In this document: positions 58,100-64,000 of the stretch, one piece after another | Layout: every line of letters starts with the position of its first letter | Position numbering within the stretch: position 1 is the stretch's first letter | Made by a program: the position numbers and the translations under genes | The notes under the pieces: model-generated | The model's input: only the letters and a program-made list of their open reading frames with translations | Databases searched by the model: none | Told to the model about the DNA's origin: nothing | NCBI RefSeq assembly: GCF_009914755.1 | Contig: NC_060930.1 | DNA length: 64,000 nt | Reading direction: 5' to 3' (one strand) | Origin: the human T2T-CHM13v2.0 reference genome, Homo sapiens

Positions 58100-58370
58100 A
58101 GGTGGGAAGTGAAATCCCAGCTCCCTGTTTCCTCACTCTGAGCGTCAGCTTCCTCCTCTGTAAAATGGGGCTGTTTTGGGAATTAACAGAGAATTTAAAA
58201 ATCACCACTAATTGTCTGTGTGATTTGGGACAAGTTGTTTAACTTCTGTGCCTTAATTTTTTTGTCTGTACAATGGGGACAGTGACAATGCTCTTTCCTA
58301 GCTCACAGCATGAAGGTTAGGAGCTGGGTAACATGAATAAAAGGGCGGTGTAACTTACAGATCATTGCAG
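58100..58370 (+). mobile_element. Two adjacent MIR fragments
   Basis: CTCTGAGCGTCAGCTTCCTCCTCTGTAAAATGGGG and TGTGTGATTTGGGACAAGTTGTTTAACTTCTGTGCCT. Confidence 0.72.
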
Positions 58371-59121
58371 CACTGTTGGGATAGGCATGTCCATCGAGAG
58401 TCCTAGGGGCTGAAGCTCATTTCTCTGACCTTGGTTCCTCATTCTGCCCAGCCCTCCTTTCCTCCTGGACCCCTCAACTCCTGCCCTACAGCCAGGCAGT
58501 ATGGGCCCTGCACAACCCGCCACATCCTGCACTGTCCGTCCTGCACACCGCTCACATCTGGCCACAGCTAGCTCGCTCAGCGTGGCAAAGGAGCAGAGAA
58601 CGGACAGCGATGTTCCTCAAAGGTTTCTCTGTTGGGAGGTGTGGGGGAAAGGGGAGGGCTGCAACCCTGTGCCTGAGGCCTGCGCCCTGAGTAAGAGAGG
58701 TGGGGAAAGGGTGCAGCGAACTCCTGACCAATGCTGGCTCGGTCAGGAAGTTTGTCCTCTGAGGACCAAGAACGTGCCTGGCCAGAGGCACATGAGGGAG
58801 AGAACGAGGGACCACAGTGGCAACCTGGACACCTGTCAACCCCATGCTGCTGATGTCAGTGGATTCCAGAGAGCTAATGAAAGAAAAAAAAGCTCATTCA
58901 GCTTGGCATAAAAATATGAATAAATCACTGCCACCGATGAAGTTTGCTTACCACTTCCGGCTACTTACCATGTATACAAACATCTCGTTACTGAATTAAT
59001 GGTAACACAGGATTTATTTCACCACAGCACTTAGCTCCATGATTGTCCTGCCTGCTGATGCCCTGACACGGTGTCATCTGCTCATTCAGGGGTGTGTGCA
59101 ACCTCTGAGTTAGCAGATCTC

Positions 59122-59333
59122 AACGGTGTTTCTCAACTTTTTAGGCATTTGATTTCTAATCACCTACACCATGACATTTTAATACCACAGATGTACTACA
59201 TATCTGTTACATACTGTGTTTGTGTATATATACATACGATTTATACATTAAAAGATTAAGATTTTCTTTTGTCCCCTGATGACCAATGCTCTTCTTCTTG
59301 CGGGGGTGATATTGTCCCCACTGAGAATGCATT
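59122..59333. mobile_element. hAT-Charlie-type MITE
   Basis: Termini CGGTGTTTCTCAAC ... CCCCACTGAGAATGCA. Confidence 0.45.
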
Positions 59334-59444
59334 ATCTGCACAATGCTCACCAATGGCTGTTAACGTCTCAAAAAAAGAGACACCAGGCGTTATGAGACTC
59401 CTTTTGGAAATCTTACGAAACAACAACAGCAGGAACACCCAACA

Positions 59445-60065
59445 ATTACCTAAATCTGATCAAGCTTCTAGGTCTAGCTACCAGTTTACAGGAAAAAAAT
59501 GGAGCACTGAGGAATGTGTTCAATAGCACCACGGGGATGAAATCAGCCAGACTATGGAAAACTCTATCAGGCAAACAACGTTGTTTTTCCAACAGGTAAA
59601 CTGCAAGGGAAAAAGTGGAGAGAAGGAACCCATAGATTAAAGCACTTCAGAGGCACATCAGCTACCACCTGCTAGCACGCAACTGCAGCTTATGAGACCT
59701 AGTGGGATCTGATTCAGCCAAACTTTGAAAGTATGCACGAGCCAGAAAAAATAACATAAACACAGACTAAACGATGCTATTATATAGTTATTATTAATTT
59801 ATAGGTGTAAAAATGATATTGTTATCTTTTAGACATACATACTGAAATAGTAGTGAATAAAATTATTAAATCTAGAATGATTAAATCCAGGGTTTGTTTT
59901 GAAATAATCCTGAATGAGGGGGAAGTGTGTGGAGATACAGATAAAACAAGATTGGGCATTTAGTTGATCGTTGTCGAAGTTGAGTTTCGGACACACGAGG
60001 TTCATTGTACGACTCTCTTTAATTGTGCACACGTTTGAAATGTTCCATAATTAAAAGTTAATGAA
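59445..60065 (+). mobile_element. L1MC (MC4/5-like) 3' UTR
   Basis: ACCTAAATCTGATCAAGCTTCTAG...CAGATAAAACAAGATTGG...TTTGAAATGTTCCATAATTAAAAG. Confidence 0.75.
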
Positions 60066-60369
60066 AAATAATTAGGTTGCCACCCAGCAGTGTCATCTGG
60101 GGGAGCCATCTGGACTCACCAACCACCTGCAGTGGATCCTTTCTGGAGATGGCGCCTGCCGTGAGCTCTTCTTCCCCCGTGCCATCCTCACCGTGGCATT
60201 TAACTAGTGTGAAGAATCACCGTAATGACACAGCCCCGGCAGAGGTTAAGCGGCCTTGCCACATAGGATTTATTCTGCAGGCCACATCTGGACAAAGGCC
60301 AAGGTATTCATTTCTTTCCTTTCCCAGAAAAGCTCAAACTGCCTTTTCCTATTTGTCCCCTCCCTTGTC

Positions 60370-60530
60370 ACAGTGGGAAGAGCTTGGGTTTTGGAGTTAG
60401 ATGAGCTTGCGTCAATCCCAGCTTTGCAAGTAGGGTCTAGGGGTCATGGGACCTTGTTTTGTAACTGCTGGAGCCTGGCTTCCCCATCTGTAAAAAGTGG
60501 AATGTCAGTGAAAGAAGGCTCTTCATTACT
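60370..60530 (+). mobile_element. MIR
   Basis: CAGTGGGAAGAGCTTGGGTTTTGGAGTTAGA...CTTCCCCATCTGTAAAA. Confidence 0.65.
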
Positions 60531-63454
60531 ACTGATCACAACCACTCTGGCTGGCTTTCAGAACCTTATGAAAGGTTATTAGGTAGCTCTTCAAATCATC
60601 CTAGGTGTGTGTGAAAGGGTTGGGTTTGGCGGCTTCTCAGAGAGCAACCGTACCTGAGTGACACAGCTAGACTATCCCAGTAAGGCTGTGCCGCCACATG
60701 GCTGGAACCCGCCTGCCTCTGGCACCCTCTCCAGGGTTCATTCTTTGTGCTGCTTCCTTCTCCGTGGCCTCAGCATCTAAGAGGAAGACTCCTGGAGGTG
60801 TTGCGGATTGGCTGAGTTCAGGCCCCACACCAGCACCAAGATGCATGGGAGGAATCCAGGAACATGAGTTCAGACTTCCAACTCGGGACAGGTGGACTCC
60901 TGAGGTGGGGGAGACCCAAACACAGAGAGGATGTTCAAAAATGCAGGTGACCCATGACAGCAGGAAACGTCTACCATAGACATGGACCCGGAGCCTTTCC
61001 AGGGCCTCCATGCGCCTCACAGACTGGGTAAATTTCGTCCAAACACACCTTCCAGACCCTGTGGTGTCTGCAGCATCTCTCACTCTCTGGATGTTCCCAG
61101 ATCTGACCTCCTTGGGCTCCCTAGACCACCACACCCCTGTGTCCTCTAACGCTCTGTCTGTTTTTATCACAAGACTCTGACTACAGAACCCAGCCCCCTG
61201 ACAGTTTTGAATTAAAAAAGAAAAACAGAAATCTACTCGCATTAAGAGTTTCATGATTTATGTAGAATTTGCTGAAGATTTGGGGTGGTGGAAGGGGCCT
61301 TCTGTGTTCTCTTGTGCTCGCTCTCTGTCTTACTCTCGCTCTCTTTCTTTCTCATCTACCTTTTCTCCAGTTTCACCTGCAGAAGGTCCACTGTTCTTAC
61401 TCTTGGAGAGTTCAGGGATCTACCTTCTAACCCAAGCAGTTTTCAAGGCATGATTTCTAAATAAGTGCAATTCTCTTCCTAGGTGGAAATTTAGTGACTA
61501 CAATTTTCTTCATCTCACTACAGAGGACAATTGTGAGGATTAAATTAAGTAATGATTATAAAGTACTTACAGCATTGCAGATTCTCAGCAAATTATTAAA
61601 AGAAAACTTATCAAGTCCACTCAGTATGTGGGGAAAGCAGGATATTTGCATAATTAGCATTACTGGGAGTCTTGGTTGCAAAAAGTTGGTGATGAGCTCC
61701 AGGAGGCCTGGGTTTCTGTCACGTCATGAGATTTATGTGATATTTAGCAACTCAGGGATGGCTCCTTCCAGCTGAGCAAGAAGGAGCCTCTTTGTTTAGG
61801 GTGAAAGTAAACAGAACTCCTTGTCTTTAAATCAGTGAAGATGGAATGTTTGTAATGTCAACACCGTTCACTCTACCCTGCAAATGAACAGGAAAGTCAA
61901 TCTGGCTAGTGAGCTCTGTCTGGATTTCGCAGGCTTCTATGAAAACTGCTTGCGCTGCCTCTGGGCTCCGACGCATGACGGCACGGAATTTCCCAGGGCT
62001 GGCCCCACTTAAGGGTCAGGCTTGTTTTGCTAGACCTGGTTTCCACTTGATCCTTTTCTTCAAGATAACTCACCTGCCCAGTGATAAACGTATGGCCCAG
62101 CGTCCACCCTCTCAAAAGCAATTTGTCTCTGGAATCCTCTCTTCCAAGCTGCCATAAAATCACTATGGGGTTTGCAACATGAGGGAGACTTGCTTTCTAA
62201 TCTTCATAAAGGTTTTACCCCAAAGCTCTCCCATCTCGTCTGGAGCTGTTCCCATCATACCCCTCCACCTTCTCCTAATAAGCGCTTGGATTCCTACAGA
62301 GAAATAGCCAGCATTGCCCCATGTTGGACAAACAGCAGAGTCCGCCTCAACCAGAGACAGATCAGGCGCTAAGGAGGGCAGAGGCTGGAACATTTGGAGG
62401 CAATGTCGGGTCACTGTCGCTTTGCAATCCATTGCTCTGACAAGAATGCAAAGTGATTATTTTAAAAATCACTCTTGTATTGCTTTTTTCATGATCAGGA
62501 ATTTAAAAAAATGAAAATATCAGCATATAAAGCTGCAACAGTCCTATACTCCCTTCCTCATAACCCTGCAACTCAGCATCTTCCCAGTTTAAGTTTAAAC
62601 AAAAGAAAAGAGGGGGTGGGGGTGTTCTATTTCCTGAGAGCAATTCCTGGCAGGGCTGCAGCCTGGATATTCTGCCTGCTCTGGTGCAGACTGGCATCTA
62701 TCCTAGGGCTCAAAGAGATGGCTTCAGAGCCGATTATCACCCTGTACCAGCCACCACAGATGGCATTAGCTGACCCTAAGCTGGGAGCAGAATTCAAAGA
62801 AGTCTTTTTTTCTGGGAGTGAGCTCCCAGAAGCTTGTGTTAATTGCAGGCACTGTGCCCTACAGGGGAAGACCCAGAGCTCTGGGGCTGGGAGCACCTGG
62901 CCTTGGCCAACCCCAGCCTACTCATCAGAGAGGTTGCTGCTGGCCCCACAGGGCCCAGAAGTCCAGTGCCTCTAGAAAATGCATCAGCCTCTGGTTGGAG
63001 ATGAGAGGATTCCAAGATGTTCAAGGGTCTCTGGTGTCACAATGCACATTCTATTTACCATCCAACCATTTTAAAAGGGTAAACGCTTCCTGTTAATTTA
63101 TACAATGCCAGGGAGTTTGATACGAGCTCAATGACTCAACTATCTCCCTGGTGTTTGTGCTCAGGGAACTTGTGAGGAACCTTGGGGATTCCTACAAGTG
63201 TGCTTGGAATCACAGTACTGGGCAGTAATATGAATAGTAGTACTAGTAGTAGTAACATCCGTGCCTGATGCTTTTGTAGAGATTGGAGGTACATAGATGA
63301 GGCAGGGAATACTTAGGGTAGACTGCATCTTCTGTGAGCTGTAAATGAATCTTGTTGTGGGCCCATTGCTCAGTCTTCACAACTACTACTTACCCAAGGG
63401 AGATGGAGAGAAGAAAGAAAAGCGGGGAGTAGCTACATAGAAAGCAGCTTGGAG

Positions 63455-63560
63455 AAGTGACTCACTCTCTCTAAGTCTGCTTCCTCATCCATGAAATGGG
63501 GTGATAACTACCTAACAGGGTGCTTGGGAGGATGAGATCAGGTGGGTGGGCATTCATCTA
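63455..63560 (+). mobile_element. MIR
   Basis: AAGTGACTCACTCTCTCTAAGTCTGCTTCCTCATCCATGAAATGGGGTGATAA. Confidence 0.65.
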
Positions 63561-63689
63561 ACAGATATCTCTTATGTGTCAGGCGCTGTTCTGTACAGAA
63601 CAAATGAAGTCCATGACCTCATGAAGGCCATGTTCTAATAAGAATAAAAATGATAATTCATCAGGAGGCATAGCTGTCTTAAGTGACTG

Positions 63690-64000
63690 AATGTTAAAAT
63701 ACATGAAGGAAAAACTGATAAAAAATAAAAGGAGAAATAGAAAGTTCCAGGGTTGTGCTATGAAATTTGACAACTCCCTTCTACTATTGATAGAACAAAT
63801 CAGGTTTTTTAAAAAATCAGTAAGGAAATAGATTTTACCAACATTATCAACTATTCTAACCTAATCAATATGTACAAAACACTATACTGTATAGAATACA
63901 TATTCATTTCTTTCAAGTGCACATAGAATGTTTTCTAACCCAGACTCTATACTGGTTGATTAAATAAGTCTTAAAAATCGTCCAAAGCTTGAAATTTTAC
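63690..64000 (+). mobile_element. Old L1M ORF2 endonuclease-region fragment, runs off the window end
   Basis: AAAATACATGAAGGAAAAACTGATA..AAGGAGAAATAG...ATTGATAGAACAA...AAAATCAGTAAGGA...TTCAAGTGCACATAGAA. Confidence 0.7.

Overview
This is primate (human/ape-like) non-coding genomic DNA, intergenic or intronic. It is dominated by interspersed repeats: AluJ/S/Y, L1PA7-8 and older L1M fragments, L2, MIR, LTRs (MLT1, MLT2, MST, THE1, MER21, MER74, MER61) and hAT/Tigger DNA transposons (MER20, MER45, MER44, MER53, MER5A, MER3). I find no credible protein-coding exon, RNA gene or CRISPR array. The ORF track reflects Alu, L1, simple-repeat or chance frames; the only protein-like sequence is decayed L1 ORF2. 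I cannot support a new gene system. The unexplained structure is at the DNA level: (1) an A-B-A'-X-B' rearrangement at 40.9-44.4 kb with microhomology at both junctions; (2) a ~360-bp, ~93% identical, apparently non-TE direct repeat 2.7 kb apart, rich in CCAAT/CACCC boxes; (3) a 183-bp near-perfect palindrome and a fold-back inverted duplication in an AT microsatellite; (4) several tracts where old TEs carry clustered A/T->G/C substitutions, resembling GC-biased gene conversion; (5) candidate enhancer motif clusters. Repeat family names and consensus comparisons come from recalled consensus sequences, not a RepeatMasker/Dfam run. Boundaries are approximate unless a TSD is cited.
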